From: an uncultured delta proteobacterium
GTDB taxonomy: Bacteria; Desulfobacterota; Binatia; Binatales; Binataceae
NCBI GenBank assembly: GCA_963808235.1
Contig: CAWEEQ010000004.1
Location: 1,696,001-1,760,000 of the forward strand
Reading direction: 5' to 3'
Length of the DNA stretch: 64,000 nucleotides
The notes under the pieces were generated by a model, which was not told the origin of the DNA, ran no database searches, and saw nothing but the letters and a program-made list of their open reading frames with translations. Positions 9,049-19,391 of the stretch are shown here, one piece after another; the stretch's first letter is position 1; each line of letters opens with the position of its first letter. Position numbers and translations under genes: made by a program.

Positions 9049-10577
9049 TCCCACTCGATGGTCGCGGGCGGCTTTGACGTGATGTCGTAAACGACGCGGT
9101 TGACGCCCTTCACTTCGTTGGTGATCCGGCTGGACACTCGTGCGAGGAAGTCAGGATCCAGCCGCGCCCAGTCGGCGGTCATTCCGTCGAGTGATTCGAC
9201 CGCTCGAATCGCGATCACGCTTTCGTAGCTGCGCCCGTCGCCCATCACCCCGACCGTCTTCAGCGGCAGCAGCACGGCAAACGCCTGCCATAGTTTGAGT
9301 CCGAAGCCGGCGGCGGAAGTTTCCTCCATGACGATCGCGTCGGCGCGGCGCAGCAGATCGAGTCGTTCGCGAGTGACCTCGCCGACGATTCGGACCGCGA
9401 GTCCGGGGCCAGGGAACGGCTCGCGATCGACAACTTCCGGCGCGAGCCCGAGTTGGCGGCCGGCCTCGCGCACTTCGTCCTTGAACAACTCGCGCAATGG
9501 CTCCACGAGCTGGAGATGCATCAGCTCGGGCAATCCGCCGACATTGTGATGACTCTTGATCACAGCCGACGGTCCCTTAAACGACACCGACTCGATCACG
9601 TCGGGGTAGAGGGTACCCTGGCCTAGAAATTTTGCGTCGCCGAGCGCACGCGCCTCTTTTTCGAAGACCTCGATAAACGTATGGCCGATGATGCGGCGCT
9701 TCTTTTCGGGATCGAGTACGTCGGCGAGCCGCGAGATGAAAAGATCGGACGCGTCGACGACGCGCAAATCCAGACCGAGCTGGCGCGCGAAGACGTGCTC
9801 CATGCGCTCGCGCTCGCCGGCGCGCAAAAGACCGGTGTCGACAAAAACCGATTCGAGACGCGCGCCTATCGCGCGATGAATCAGCGCGGCGGCGACCGAA
9901 GAATCGACGCCACCGGAAAGGCCCATCAGGACTTTGCCGGCCGGGCCGACCTGGGCGCGTATTTCGGCAAGCTTGGTCTCGACGAAGTTGGCCATCGTCC
10001 AATCGCCGGGCTCGCTGCAAATGTTCAGTACGAAGTTGCGTAGCACGCGCGCGCCGCACGGAGTGTGCACCACTTCGGGATGGAACTGGATGCCGCGGAT
10101 ACGGCCGTCGCGAGTCTTGAAGGCGGCGTACGGCGAGTTGCCGCTGTGCGCGATGGACGTGAGCGAGTCGGGAATCGCCTCGACGCGATCGCCGTGGCTC
10201 ATCCAGACGCGATGCTCGCGGCCGGCGAGTCCTTCGAAGAGCGCGTCGTCGCCATCGATGGTCAAGGTGGCGGGTCCGTACTCGCGCGCGCGCGATCCCA
10301 CGCTGCGGGCGCCCATGTGCTGCGCGATAACGTAGAGGCCGTAGCAGATTCCGAGCACCGGACAGCCAATCTTGAGCACCTCGTCCGAGATATCTGGTGC
10401 GTTTTCCTCGTACAGGCTCGCCGGTCCGCCGGAAAGAATTATCCCGCGCGGGTTCAGCGCGCGGATTTTCTCCGGCGCGAGATTGAACGGATGAAGCTCG
10501 CAATACACGTTGGCCTCGCGCACGCGGCGCGCGATTAACTGGGTGTATTGGCTCCCGAAATCAAGAATCAGGATCAC
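9045..10577 (-). CDS. guaA: GMP synthase (glutamine-hydrolyzing)
   Basis: ILDFGSQYTQLIARR, SGGVDS, IKSHHNVGGLP, KPPATIEWE. Confidence 0.98.
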   Translation of the reverse strand: MILILDFGSQYTQLIARRVREANVYCELHPFNLAPEKIRALNPRGIILSGGPASLYEENAPDISDEVLKIGCPVLGICYGLYVIAQHMGARSVGSRAREYGPATLTIDGDDALFEGLAGREHRVWMSHGDRVEAIPDSLTSIAHSGNSPYAAFKTRDGRIRGIQFHPEVVHTPCGARVLRNFVLNICSEPGDWTMANFVETKLAEIRAQVGPAGKVLMGLSGGVDSSVAAALIHRAIGARLESVFVDTGLLRAGERERMEHVFARQLGLDLRVVDASDLFISRLADVLDPEKKRRIIGHTFIEVFEKEARALGDAKFLGQGTLYPDVIESVSFKGPSAVIKSHHNVGGLPELMHLQLVEPLRELFKDEVREAGRQLGLAPEVVDREPFPGPGLAVRIVGEVTRERLDLLRRADAIVMEETSAAGFGLKLWQAFAVLLPLKTVGVMGDGRSYESVIAIRAVESLDGMTADWARLDPDFLARVSSRITNEVKGVNRVVYDITSKPPATIEWE

Positions 10578-10698
10578 TAAACGATTCCCGCCACGGCGCG
10601 ATTGAAGATGATCACGAAATTGCCTTGAGAAAGAAATATACCGGACACGACGCGCGGTAAGAAACCGGCCGCGCGGCGCGCATCAACAGCCGGCATCG

Positions 10699-12162
10699 TT
10701 AGGCGCGTGCGGACTTCTTCGCCGGCCGCGGACGGCTCGGACGCTTGCCTCGATTTCCGGCGGGAGGAACACCCTTCACCCAGGAGCGTCCGGTGCGGCG
10801 AAAATCAAGCCGCAGGGGCGTCCCGACCAGCGCCAACGATTTGCGAAACCGCGATTCGAGGAAGCGCACATAATGCGCCGGGATACCGCGCTCGACGTTG
10901 GTGAAAAATCGCAAACGCGGCGGCGCGCTCGCGACCTGCGTCACGTACATCAGATTGAGCTGTCGGCGATCGACCTGCGGCGGATCCATCGCAGCGGTCG
11001 CTTCGGCAAGAGTACGATTGAGAAGCGAGGTTTGAAACTTCGCGCGCCACGAATCTCCCGCGAGAGTCGCAGCCTGAATGATTCCGTCGACCCCGTCGCC
11101 GGTGACGGCCGAAGTGAAGAGCATCGTCGCGTAGTCGAGAAAGGGGTAACGCTCATGCGCATCGCGCATAAAGGTTGCAACCTTGCGTCCAAGCTTCGCG
11201 GCTGCGTCCCACTTGTTGCACACGATCACCATCGCTCGATCGTTGCTGTCGGAGAGACGCGCGAGGCGCACGTCCTGGTCGGTGATACCTTCGGTCACGT
11301 CGATTACCAGAAGCACCACGTCGGCGCGCCGAATCGTTTCGATCGCGCGGCCGACCGAATGATGCTCGAGCTCGCCCTCGACTCGCGGCGGGCGGCGGAT
11401 TCCGGCGGTATCGATCAGCAGCACCTCGCGGCCGTGCGCGGAAAGACTCACGTCGACGGGATCGCGCGTGGTGCCTGGAGTCTCGTCGACGATCGCGCGA
11501 TCGAAACCCGAGAGGCGGTTCAGCAACGAGGACTTCCCGACGTTGGGGCGTCCGATCAGCGCGAGCTTAAGGTCCGGGTGCTGTGCGACGGCGTCGTCTC
11601 GCTCCGGGAGCTTCGCGACGACCTCATCGAGAAGTTCGTCGACACCGCGTCCATGCGCTGCCGAAACGAAAAACAATTCGTCGGCGCCAAGCTTGTAAAA
11701 TTCCGCGGCCTGGGCTTCATTCCCGGGCCGATCGATCTTGTTGACCGCCATGATGAGCGGGCACCCGGTTTCGCGAACGAGCGCGAGCGCTTCAGCATCG
11801 GCGTTGCTGAGTCCCGACTTGCCGTCGAAAATAAACACCACCACGTCCGCAACACCGACGGCGGCAAGCGCCTCGCGCACGATTCGCTCGGTCATTCGCT
11901 CGCGCCCGCCGAGCTCGAGTCCGCCGCTATCCACGAGCACGAACTCACGCCCGCTGTGTTGCGCGCGCGCGAAGTTGAGATCGCGAGTGGTGCCTGGAAT
12001 CGCGCTGGTGATAGCGCGGCCGCCCTTCGCGATTCGATTGAAGAGCGTCGACTTGCCCGCATTCGCGCGCCCTACCAGCACAACCGCGGCAAGGCCTTCG
12101 GCCGCAAGCCGTCGAGCTTCAACGCCGGCGCCTGCTGCCGCCGATCTGCGCGGCGCGGTCAT
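10699..12162 (-). CDS. der: Ribosome biogenesis GTPase Der/EngA
   Basis: Two tandem GTPase domains (GRANAGKSTLFN, GRPNVGKSSLLN) plus KH-like C-terminus. Confidence 0.96.
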   Translation of the reverse strand: MTAPRRSAAAGAGVEARRLAAEGLAAVVLVGRANAGKSTLFNRIAKGGRAITSAIPGTTRDLNFARAQHSGREFVLVDSGGLELGGRERMTERIVREALAAVGVADVVVFIFDGKSGLSNADAEALALVRETGCPLIMAVNKIDRPGNEAQAAEFYKLGADELFFVSAAHGRGVDELLDEVVAKLPERDDAVAQHPDLKLALIGRPNVGKSSLLNRLSGFDRAIVDETPGTTRDPVDVSLSAHGREVLLIDTAGIRRPPRVEGELEHHSVGRAIETIRRADVVLLVIDVTEGITDQDVRLARLSDSNDRAMVIVCNKWDAAAKLGRKVATFMRDAHERYPFLDYATMLFTSAVTGDGVDGIIQAATLAGDSWRAKFQTSLLNRTLAEATAAMDPPQVDRRQLNLMYVTQVASAPPRLRFFTNVERGIPAHYVRFLESRFRKSLALVGTPLRLDFRRTGRSWVKGVPPAGNRGKRPSRPRPAKKSARA

Positions 12163-13052
12163 AGTCCGAACTCCGCGAGCTTGCGCGGATCGCGTGTCCA
12201 GTCTCGCTCGACCTTCACAATCACCTCGAGGAACACGCGCGCACCGAGAATCTGTTCGAGCTCGAGCCTCGCCGCGGTGCCGATCTCCTTGAGCGTGCGA
12301 CCGCCGGCGCCAATCAGCATCCCTTTGTGCGATTCGCGATCGACGACGACCGTCGCGCGAATCTTCTTCAAGTTGCGCTCCGCGTCCTCTTCGAAATTTT
12401 CGACCCTTACCGCGGTCGAGAACGGAATCTCCTGGCGCATCGTGAGAAATACTTTCTCGCGCACGATCTCCTCGGCGATCATCCGCTCGGTCTGATCGGT
12501 GTACTCGTCGGGCGACATCAGCGCCGGGCTTATCGGAAGCATGCGCTTGATCGTGACCAGCAACTCGTCGACGTTCTCGCCGGTGCGCGCGCTGATCGGC
12601 ACGATCTCGGCGCCGGGAAAGCCGCGGTTGATCTCCTCGATGGTCGGGAGCAGCCGCGCCCGCGCGACGCGATCGATCTTGTTGATCACCACGATCGTCG
12701 GATGCTTGAGCGCGCGAATATCCACCAGCACCGCGCGATCGCCGGCATTCAGACTCTCGCCCGCCTCGACCAGGGCGAGAATGACTTCGCCTTCGGCGAG
12801 CGCGCGCCGCGCCACCTGCACCATCCGATGGTTCAGTTCTTTCTTCGGAATATGAAGCCCCGGCGTATCGATCAGCAGGAGTTGCGCGTCGGGGTCGCTG
12901 CGGATTCCCAAAATGCGCCGGCGCGTAGTTTGCGGGCGCGGCGTCACAATCGCAACCTTGTGCCCGACGATTCGGTTTACCAGCGTCGACTTGCCAACGT
13001 TGGTGCGACCGCCCACCGCGACGAAGCCTGCCCGATGCGCGCCCTCAGCCAT
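12159..13052 (-). CDS. era: GTPase Era
   Basis: GRTNVGKSTL, PQTTR, DTPG, NKID, KH domain KGMLIGAGG. Confidence 0.97.
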   Translation of the reverse strand: MAEGAHRAGFVAVGGRTNVGKSTLVNRIVGHKVAIVTPRPQTTRRRILGIRSDPDAQLLLIDTPGLHIPKKELNHRMVQVARRALAEGEVILALVEAGESLNAGDRAVLVDIRALKHPTIVVINKIDRVARARLLPTIEEINRGFPGAEIVPISARTGENVDELLVTIKRMLPISPALMSPDEYTDQTERMIAEEIVREKVFLTMRQEIPFSTAVRVENFEEDAERNLKKIRATVVVDRESHKGMLIGAGGRTLKEIGTAARLELEQILGARVFLEVIVKVERDWTRDPRKLAEFGL

Positions 13053-13788
13053 TGCGCTCACCGCGCTCCTCTTCGATCTGGTCGAGCGCGAGGCGCGCAG
13101 CAGCCTGCTCGCTCTGCTTCTTGCTGCCGCCCTCGCCCACCCCGAGATCGCGGCCCGCAATTCTGATCCGGCTGGTGAAGCGCTTGGCGTGATCGGGTCC
13201 TTCGGTCGCGATCAGTTCGTAGACCGGCTGCGCGCGGTAGTGGCGATACGCGATTTCCTGCAGCTCGGTTTTGTAATCACGTTCGGCTGCCGGGCCGCCG
13301 ATGTCGTCGGTGAACAGCCGCTCGACCACCTGCTGCGCCGGAGTCAATCCCGAGTCCATATAAATCGCGCCGATCACTGCTTCGAACGCGGCGGCGAGAA
13401 TCGAGGTCTTCTCGCGTCCGCCGCTTTTTTCCTCGCCCTTACCGAGTCTCAGCATCTCATTCAACTCTATTGATTGCGCTTTCAGAGCCAGCGTGCGCGC
13501 ATTGACGATCGAAGCTCGCTGCTTCGAGAGCGGGCCCTCCTTCGCAGTCGGAAATTTCCGCATCAGCAGGTCGGCGATCGCAAGATCGAGGACCGCATCG
13601 CCAAGGAATTCCAGACGCTCGTAATGAAAATCGCTGCCGACCGCCGCACTCGGATGCGTCAGTGCCGTTTCGAGCAACTGCGCCCTGGTGAAGTTGTAGC
13701 CGAGCGTGCGCTCGATCTTGGTGCGAGATTTTTCAGGAGGCTCGGCTGGCGGCAGTACCGGTCGCGCACGCCCGAACAATCTCCCCAC
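13045..13788 (-). CDS. rnc: Ribonuclease III (start uncertain, overlaps the mtaB 3' end)
   Basis: ERLEFLGDAVL signature and dsRBD DYKTELQE...GGSKKQSEQAAA. Confidence 0.95.
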   Translation of the reverse strand: MGRLFGRARPVLPPAEPPEKSRTKIERTLGYNFTRAQLLETALTHPSAAVGSDFHYERLEFLGDAVLDLAIADLLMRKFPTAKEGPLSKQRASIVNARTLALKAQSIELNEMLRLGKGEEKSGGREKTSILAAAFEAVIGAIYMDSGLTPAQQVVERLFTDDIGGPAAERDYKTELQEIAYRHYRAQPVYELIATEGPDHAKRFTSRIRIAGRDLGVGEGGSKKQSEQAAARLALDQIEEERGERNG

Positions 13789-15064
13789 CCAGTTGAGCCC
13801 CTTCAACGGTTGACGCCTCCACCTCGACTTCATGATTTGTCAATTCATCGGGCCCTTGGGTCAATACCCGGATGTAGTTGCGGCTATAACCGCTCAGCCT
13901 GCCATCGGACCCGCGTTCTTCAAGTAATACGTTAAGTTTTGTCCGATTGAAGCGGGTCGCGAATTGAATCCGCTTGGCCTCGCCAAGACTGCGCATCGCC
14001 GCCGCTCGCCGCTTGATGTCGGCCGGCTTCACCCGGTCGGCAAACTTCGCCGCCGTCGTGTTCGCTCTGACCGAATAGGGAAAGACGTGAAAGTAGGCGA
14101 GCGGAATCGCCTCGACGAAATTAAAGTATGATTCGAAGTGACGCTCGCTCTCACCGGGAAATCCCACGATCAAGTCGGTTCCGATCGCGGCGTCTGGCCA
14201 TGCGTCGAGTACTCGGTCGACGCGCTCGCGAAAATAATCTCGCCGATAACGGCGCCGCATCCGGGACAAAATCTCGTCGTCGCCCGCCTGCAGCGGCAGA
14301 TGAAGATGCGGACAGAACTTTCCACTTCGCGAAATCACTTCGATTATCCGGTCGCTCAACTCTTCGGGATCGAGTGAACTCACGCGCACGCGCTCGATCG
14401 GGCATCGCTCCGCGATCATTTCAAGCAAGTCCGCCAATTCGACTTGCGGGTCGAGGTCCTTGCCGTAGCCGCCGAGATGAACGCCCGAGAGAATGACTTC
14501 CTTGAAGCCGCGCGCGTGCAGATCATCAAGCGCGGCAATCACGCGGCGCGGCTCGACACTTCGCGAGGTGCCGCGCGAAAATGGAACGATGCAGAACGTG
14601 CAGAACTGATCGCATCCTTCCTGCAATTTCAAAAAGGCGCGGGTGTGACCGTCGAGCGCGACTGCTGCCAGTTCAATCGGCGCTTTCTCCTTGCGCAAGT
14701 TGCTGACCATGATGCGCTCGCCCGCTCCTGAAGCCGCCGCCCGCTCCAGGTCGTCGAGCCTGCCGAGTCCAACGACGGCATCGACTTCGCGCGCTGCTGC
14801 CAACACGTCAGGACTCGCCTGCGCCAGGCATCCGGTCATGACAATTCGCGCGCTCGGATTGAGTCGCCGCGCACGGCGCGCGATTCTCAAACTTTCCGAA
14901 TCCGCGCGATCGGTGACCGTGCAGGTATTGACGATATAGACGTCGGCCTGCTCGTTGAATTCGCGCCGTTCCATCCCGCGCGAACGCAAGCGCGATTCAA
15001 TGATCGCCGAGTCGTACTGATTGACCTTGCATCCGAGCGTTGCGATTGCGAAGCGCGTTGGCAT
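13733..15064 (-). CDS. mtaB: tRNA t6A37 methylthiotransferase
   Basis: TLGCKVNQYDS, VNTCTVT, radical SAM CDQFCTFC. Confidence 0.93.
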   Translation of the reverse strand: MPTRFAIATLGCKVNQYDSAIIESRLRSRGMERREFNEQADVYIVNTCTVTDRADSESLRIARRARRLNPSARIVMTGCLAQASPDVLAAAREVDAVVGLGRLDDLERAAASGAGERIMVSNLRKEKAPIELAAVALDGHTRAFLKLQEGCDQFCTFCIVPFSRGTSRSVEPRRVIAALDDLHARGFKEVILSGVHLGGYGKDLDPQVELADLLEMIAERCPIERVRVSSLDPEELSDRIIEVISRSGKFCPHLHLPLQAGDDEILSRMRRRYRRDYFRERVDRVLDAWPDAAIGTDLIVGFPGESERHFESYFNFVEAIPLAYFHVFPYSVRANTTAAKFADRVKPADIKRRAAAMRSLGEAKRIQFATRFNRTKLNVLLEERGSDGRLSGYSRNYIRVLTQGPDELTNHEVEVEASTVEGAQLGGEIVRACATGTAASRAS

Positions 15065-15072
15065 TGCGATTG

Positions 15073-16182
15073 TCAGTCCGCCTCGAGCGCGCGCTCGATA
15101 AATCCGCCGCCAAGCACTTCATCGCCGCGGTAGAAGACGCATGCTTGCCCCGGCGTCACTGCCGGACCGCTCGCGATAAAGCGCACTTCGGCGTGCCGCG
15201 ACGAATCGATTCGCATCGTCGCCGGAATAGCAGGATGCCGATAGCGGATCTTTACTTCGACCCGCACTTCGGCACCCGACACAATCGAATCATCGACCAG
15301 GCTGACTCGCTCGGCGGTCAAGCCGCGCGCATCGAGACAGTCGCGCGATGCGACTACGACCTCGCCCGACTCGGGCCGAATCTCGCGCACGTAAAGGCGT
15401 TCTCCAGTTGCGACTCCAAGACCGCGGCGCTGCCCGACGGTGAAGCGATGCACCCCCGCGTGCTCCGCAAGCCTGTTTCCCGCGCTATCGACTATCGCGC
15501 CGGCGCGGATTTGCTCTGGCGCGCTTGCGCGCTCGACAAATCGCGCGTAGTCGCCATCTGGCACAAAGCATATTTCCTGGCTCTCGGGCTTGTCCGCATT
15601 GGCGAGGCCCAGCGCGCGCGCACGGGCGCGAACTTCGGTCTTGGTGATTGCGCCCAGCGGAAAAAGCGTGCGCGCCAGCTCGGTCTGTCCGAGCGTGAAA
15701 AGAAAATATGATTGATCCTTGGAATCGTCGGCGGCGCGCATCAGGTGGAATCGGCCGTCGGCGCCATTCTCGATCCGGGCGTAATGTCCGGTCGCGACGA
15801 AATCGGCCTCGAGCGCATGCGCACGGCTCCACAAGCGGTCGAACTTAATTTCGCGATTGCACATCACGCATGGATTCGGAGTGCGCCCGCCCAGATATTC
15901 GGAAACGAAGTTATCGACAACGCGCGCCGCAAATTCGGCGCGCAGATCGATCACGTAAAAGGGAAAGTCCATCCGCTCCGCGACGCGGCGCGCATCTTCA
16001 AAGTCGTCATGCGAGCAGCATGTGCCGCGCCGCTTTGCGGCCGGCGCCCCAACCGGCGCAGACGGCTCTGGCGCTAGACGCATCGCGACTCCGACCACGT
16101 CGTAGCCCTGCTCACGCAGAATTGCCGCGGCCACGCTGCTGTCCACGCCGCCCGACATCGCGACCAGTACCCGCGCGCTCAT
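15073..16182 (-). CDS. mnmA: tRNA 2-thiouridine(34) synthase
   Basis: AMSGGVDSSV, PNPCVMCN, KDQSYFL, TPGQACVFY. Confidence 0.97.
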   Translation of the reverse strand: MSARVLVAMSGGVDSSVAAAILREQGYDVVGVAMRLAPEPSAPVGAPAAKRRGTCCSHDDFEDARRVAERMDFPFYVIDLRAEFAARVVDNFVSEYLGGRTPNPCVMCNREIKFDRLWSRAHALEADFVATGHYARIENGADGRFHLMRAADDSKDQSYFLFTLGQTELARTLFPLGAITKTEVRARARALGLANADKPESQEICFVPDGDYARFVERASAPEQIRAGAIVDSAGNRLAEHAGVHRFTVGQRRGLGVATGERLYVREIRPESGEVVVASRDCLDARGLTAERVSLVDDSIVSGAEVRVEVKIRYRHPAIPATMRIDSSRHAEVRFIASGPAVTPGQACVFYRGDEVLGGGFIERALEAD

Positions 16183-17348
16183 CGCAGCGAGACCTCAACG
16201 TCAGGTTCGGCGGCTGCGACGCGCCGCCACACCTTCGCGATGATTGTGCTGGCTGCATCGATCTCTGCGGCGGTGGTATTCCATCCGAGGCTCATTCGGA
16301 GCGAACTGCGCGCGGCGGCGCGGCTGCGGCCCATCGCGAGCAACACGTGGGACGGCTCGACGGCTCCTGCTGCGCACGCCGAGCCCATCGAGACTTCCAC
16401 GCCCTCCAGGTCGAGCGCGATCAGCATGCTCTCCCCGAGCACGCTGGGAAACGTCAGGTTCAACGTATTGGGAATTCGCCCGAGTAACGGACCGTTGAGC
16501 TTGAGTCGCGCGATCGCCTCGCGCAATCGAGCCAGGAGCGTGGCGGTCAGCGCTCCAACGCGAGCCGTTTCAGCCGGCATCGCATGCATGAGCGCCTCCG
16601 CTGACGCGCCCATCGTAATCGCACCGAGCAGATTCGGCGTTCCCGCGCGCCGGCCAGACTCTTGCGGGCCGCCGAAAATCGTCGGAGCAAAACCGGCTGC
16701 GTCACCAACATATAGCGCACCAATTCCCGCCGGCGCGCCAAACTTGTGACCGCTAATCGTCATCAGATCGCATCCGAGCGCGTTTACGTCCACACCGATT
16801 CGGCCAATCGCCTGCGCCGCGTCGATATGAAAGATCACACCGGCGTCGCGGCACGCAGACTTAAGCGGCGCGAGCTCCTGGATCGTCCCGACTTCCGAGT
16901 TGGCAAGTCCAAGCGTTACAAGAGCGGTATCGCGATTCGATCCGATCGCATCGAACACGCGCGTCGGGTCGATGCGACCATCGGAATCCGTCGCGACGCG
17001 TACGATCTCGAAACCGCGGCGCTCGAGCTCGAGGAGCGGCGCCAGGATCGATGAATGCTCAATCTCGGAAGAAATAATCTTGCGGCGCCGGGTTGCCGCG
17101 GTGACCGCGCCGAAGATCGCGATGTTGTTCGATTCGGTGCCGCCGCTGGTGAAAAGGATTTGCCGCGCGTCCGCACCAACTATCGCGGCGACTTGTCCGC
17201 GTGCCACTTCAAGCATCCGGCGCGCGTGTTGGCCTGCGCGATGCACCGACGAGGGATTGCCCGCCGCTTCGGCTACGAAGCGCGAAATCGCTTCCGCCGC
17301 CTCGGGTCTCAGAGGAGCGCCCGCGTTATGATCAAGATAAATCGGCAT
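16179..17348 (-). CDS. Cysteine desulfurase (IscS/NifS family)
   Basis: IYLDHNA, GNPSSVH, TSGGTESNN, SGHKFG, GSAC. Confidence 0.95.
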   Translation of the reverse strand: MPIYLDHNAGAPLRPEAAEAISRFVAEAAGNPSSVHRAGQHARRMLEVARGQVAAIVGADARQILFTSGGTESNNIAIFGAVTAATRRRKIISSEIEHSSILAPLLELERRGFEIVRVATDSDGRIDPTRVFDAIGSNRDTALVTLGLANSEVGTIQELAPLKSACRDAGVIFHIDAAQAIGRIGVDVNALGCDLMTISGHKFGAPAGIGALYVGDAAGFAPTIFGGPQESGRRAGTPNLLGAITMGASAEALMHAMPAETARVGALTATLLARLREAIARLKLNGPLLGRIPNTLNLTFPSVLGESMLIALDLEGVEVSMGSACAAGAVEPSHVLLAMGRSRAAARSSLRMSLGWNTTAAEIDAASTIIAKVWRRVAAAEPDVEVSLR

Positions 17349-17431
17349 GGATGGTTTGGTACGCCTTCAATGAAGCGACTAGCCTACCCTACTGCGACTT
17401 TCCGCAAAAGCACGCTCCGATGGTAATAACG

Positions 17432-18622
17432 ATGGCGACTGACAACGGAAATGTAATCGTAATCGGAGCCGGTGTGGTCGGATGCTCGATTGCGTTTCAT
17501 GTGGCCCGCGCGGGGGCGAAAGTGCGCGTGTTCGACAAAGGCGGAATTTGCGCCGGAATGTCGGCACGATCGGGCGCCCTGGTCCGGATGCATTACACGT
17601 TTGCGCCGGAAGCCGAACTTGCGTGGAAGAGTCATCGCTACTTTCAGAATTGGAGCGAGCTGGTCGGTGGGCGATGCGGCTTCGTTCGGACCGGGTTTGC
17701 AGTCGTCGTCGATGAGCACAATCGCGGGCGCTTGGGCGCGAACGTTGCGATGCTCCAACGCGTCGGCGTCGCCACTCAAATCCTTACTGCGGAACAATTG
17801 AAGAAGCTCGAGCCCGAGGCGTTCGTCGACGACGTCGCGCTGGCCGCGATCGAGCCACGGAGCGGATACGCGGATCCGATCGCGACCACCGAATCGTTCG
17901 CGGCGGCAGCGCGCAAGCATCGCGCGGAGTTCTCGCTGAATGCGCCAATTGCCGGGATTGCGCATCGCGGCGGACGTGCGGTCGGCGTGATCGACGGCAG
18001 TGGACGCACCCATGAGGCCGACGCGGTATGCGTCGTGGCCGGACCATGGACCGACGCGCTTCTGGCGCCACTAGGACTGCGTATCGGAATAAGGAACGAG
18101 CGCGCGCAGGTCGCCTTCTTCAAGCGGCCTCCTCAACTCAAACATTTCATCTACATTGACACGATCGCCGGCAGCTATTTTCGTCCGCACGGCAGCGATC
18201 TGACGCTGGCGGGGCTCGGCGGATGGAAACCTGAACCGGAGCCGGACCCCGACAATTTTCGCGAGTGCAATGACGACGACTTTGTCGCCGCCGTGCGCCG
18301 CCGATTGGCGAAGCGAATTCCCGCGATGGCCGACGCGCCTTACGCAGGCGGTCATGCTGGAATCTACGACGTGAGTCCCGACGGCCGCGCAGTGATGGGC
18401 GCAGTGCCGAACGTCACTGGACTTTTCGTCGCGGCAGGATTCAGCGGCACCGGATTCAAGACCGCGCCCGCGGTCGGAGCGTCACTTGCCGAGTTAATCC
18501 TCACCGGCACCAGTAAGACGGTGGACCTGACGCCGTTCGGGTTCGAGCGAATCTTAAGCGGGCGAATGATCGAGAGTGAGCACGAATACGAGATGGGCGC
18601 GGGCTTCGGCCACAAGCTGTGA
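17432..18622 (+). CDS. FAD-dependent oxidoreductase (DadA/sarcosine oxidase beta family)
   Basis: VIGAGVVG Rossmann motif, AGFSGTGFKTAPAVG. Confidence 0.9.
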   Translation: MATDNGNVIVIGAGVVGCSIAFHVARAGAKVRVFDKGGICAGMSARSGALVRMHYTFAPEAELAWKSHRYFQNWSELVGGRCGFVRTGFAVVVDEHNRGRLGANVAMLQRVGVATQILTAEQLKKLEPEAFVDDVALAAIEPRSGYADPIATTESFAAAARKHRAEFSLNAPIAGIAHRGGRAVGVIDGSGRTHEADAVCVVAGPWTDALLAPLGLRIGIRNERAQVAFFKRPPQLKHFIYIDTIAGSYFRPHGSDLTLAGLGGWKPEPEPDPDNFRECNDDDFVAAVRRRLAKRIPAMADAPYAGGHAGIYDVSPDGRAVMGAVPNVTGLFVAAGFSGTGFKTAPAVGASLAELILTGTSKTVDLTPFGFERILSGRMIESEHEYEMGAGFGHKL

Positions 18623-18643
18623 GAGATTGAATTCGCGCGCCGG

Positions 18644-19363
18644 CTAGCTTTTATTGGCGAGGACTCGATCGGGCGTCGGCGGATGATGCTCGCTGACCTT
18701 GTCTTCTAGGCAGTCCTGCCGCTCCTCGATCTCTTCCATCCGCACGCCGATCCGATTGAGCTTGTCGATCAAGTTACCCATCGCGCGCGCGACCGGGTCG
18801 GGCAGCTTCGCGTGATCGAGTTCCATCACGTCATGCCGCGCGTTGTCGCCCTCGATTACCTTTCCGGGGATGCCGACGATCGTCGACCATGGCGGCGCCG
18901 ACGAAACCACCACCGCGCCAGCGCCGATCCTGCTGCCTTCTCCGATTCGCACCGGCCCGATCACCGACGCGCCCGCGCTGACCATGACGTGATCCTCGAG
19001 GGTTGGATGGCGCTTCTCTTTCTTCAGGCTGGTGCCGCCGAGCGTGACGCCCTGATAGATCAGCACGTCGTCGCCGATTTCCACGGTCTCGCCGAACACG
19101 ACGCCCATTCCATGATCAATGAATAAGCGCCGGCCGATTCTCGCGCCCGGGTGAATCTCGATGCCCGTGAGCCAACGCGAGAGTTCGCTGACCATTCGGC
19201 CGAGCAGCTTGCAGTGATGCTCCCAGAGCCAGTGCGCGAGGCGATGAAACCAGATCGCATGCAGTCCCGGGTACGCGAGCACGACTTCGAGCGTGGTGCG
19301 CGCGGCGGGGTCGCGGTCAAAAACCACCTGGATGTCTTCCCGGATTCGGTTCATCACATCCAT
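18644..19363 (-). CDS. cysE: Serine O-acetyltransferase
   Basis: [31 protein letters not shown]. Confidence 0.96.
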   Translation of the reverse strand: MDVMNRIREDIQVVFDRDPAARTTLEVVLAYPGLHAIWFHRLAHWLWEHHCKLLGRMVSELSRWLTGIEIHPGARIGRRLFIDHGMGVVFGETVEIGDDVLIYQGVTLGGTSLKKEKRHPTLEDHVMVSAGASVIGPVRIGEGSRIGAGAVVVSSAPPWSTIVGIPGKVIEGDNARHDVMELDHAKLPDPVARAMGNLIDKLNRIGVRMEEIEERQDCLEDKVSEHHPPTPDRVLANKS

Positions 19364-19391
19364 GGCACGTTCCTCTATTGTCCGCGCCGCG

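Noticed and set aside
10873-12495. Long antisense ORFs (also 4757-6274, 20112-21098, 35001-36188, 50053-51192)
   Set aside because: Shadow frames of high-GC genes on the opposite strand, with no recognisable motifs.
13733-13833. Functionally meaningful mtaB/rnc overlap
   Set aside because: The overlap covers only non-conserved termini and the rnc start is uncertain.
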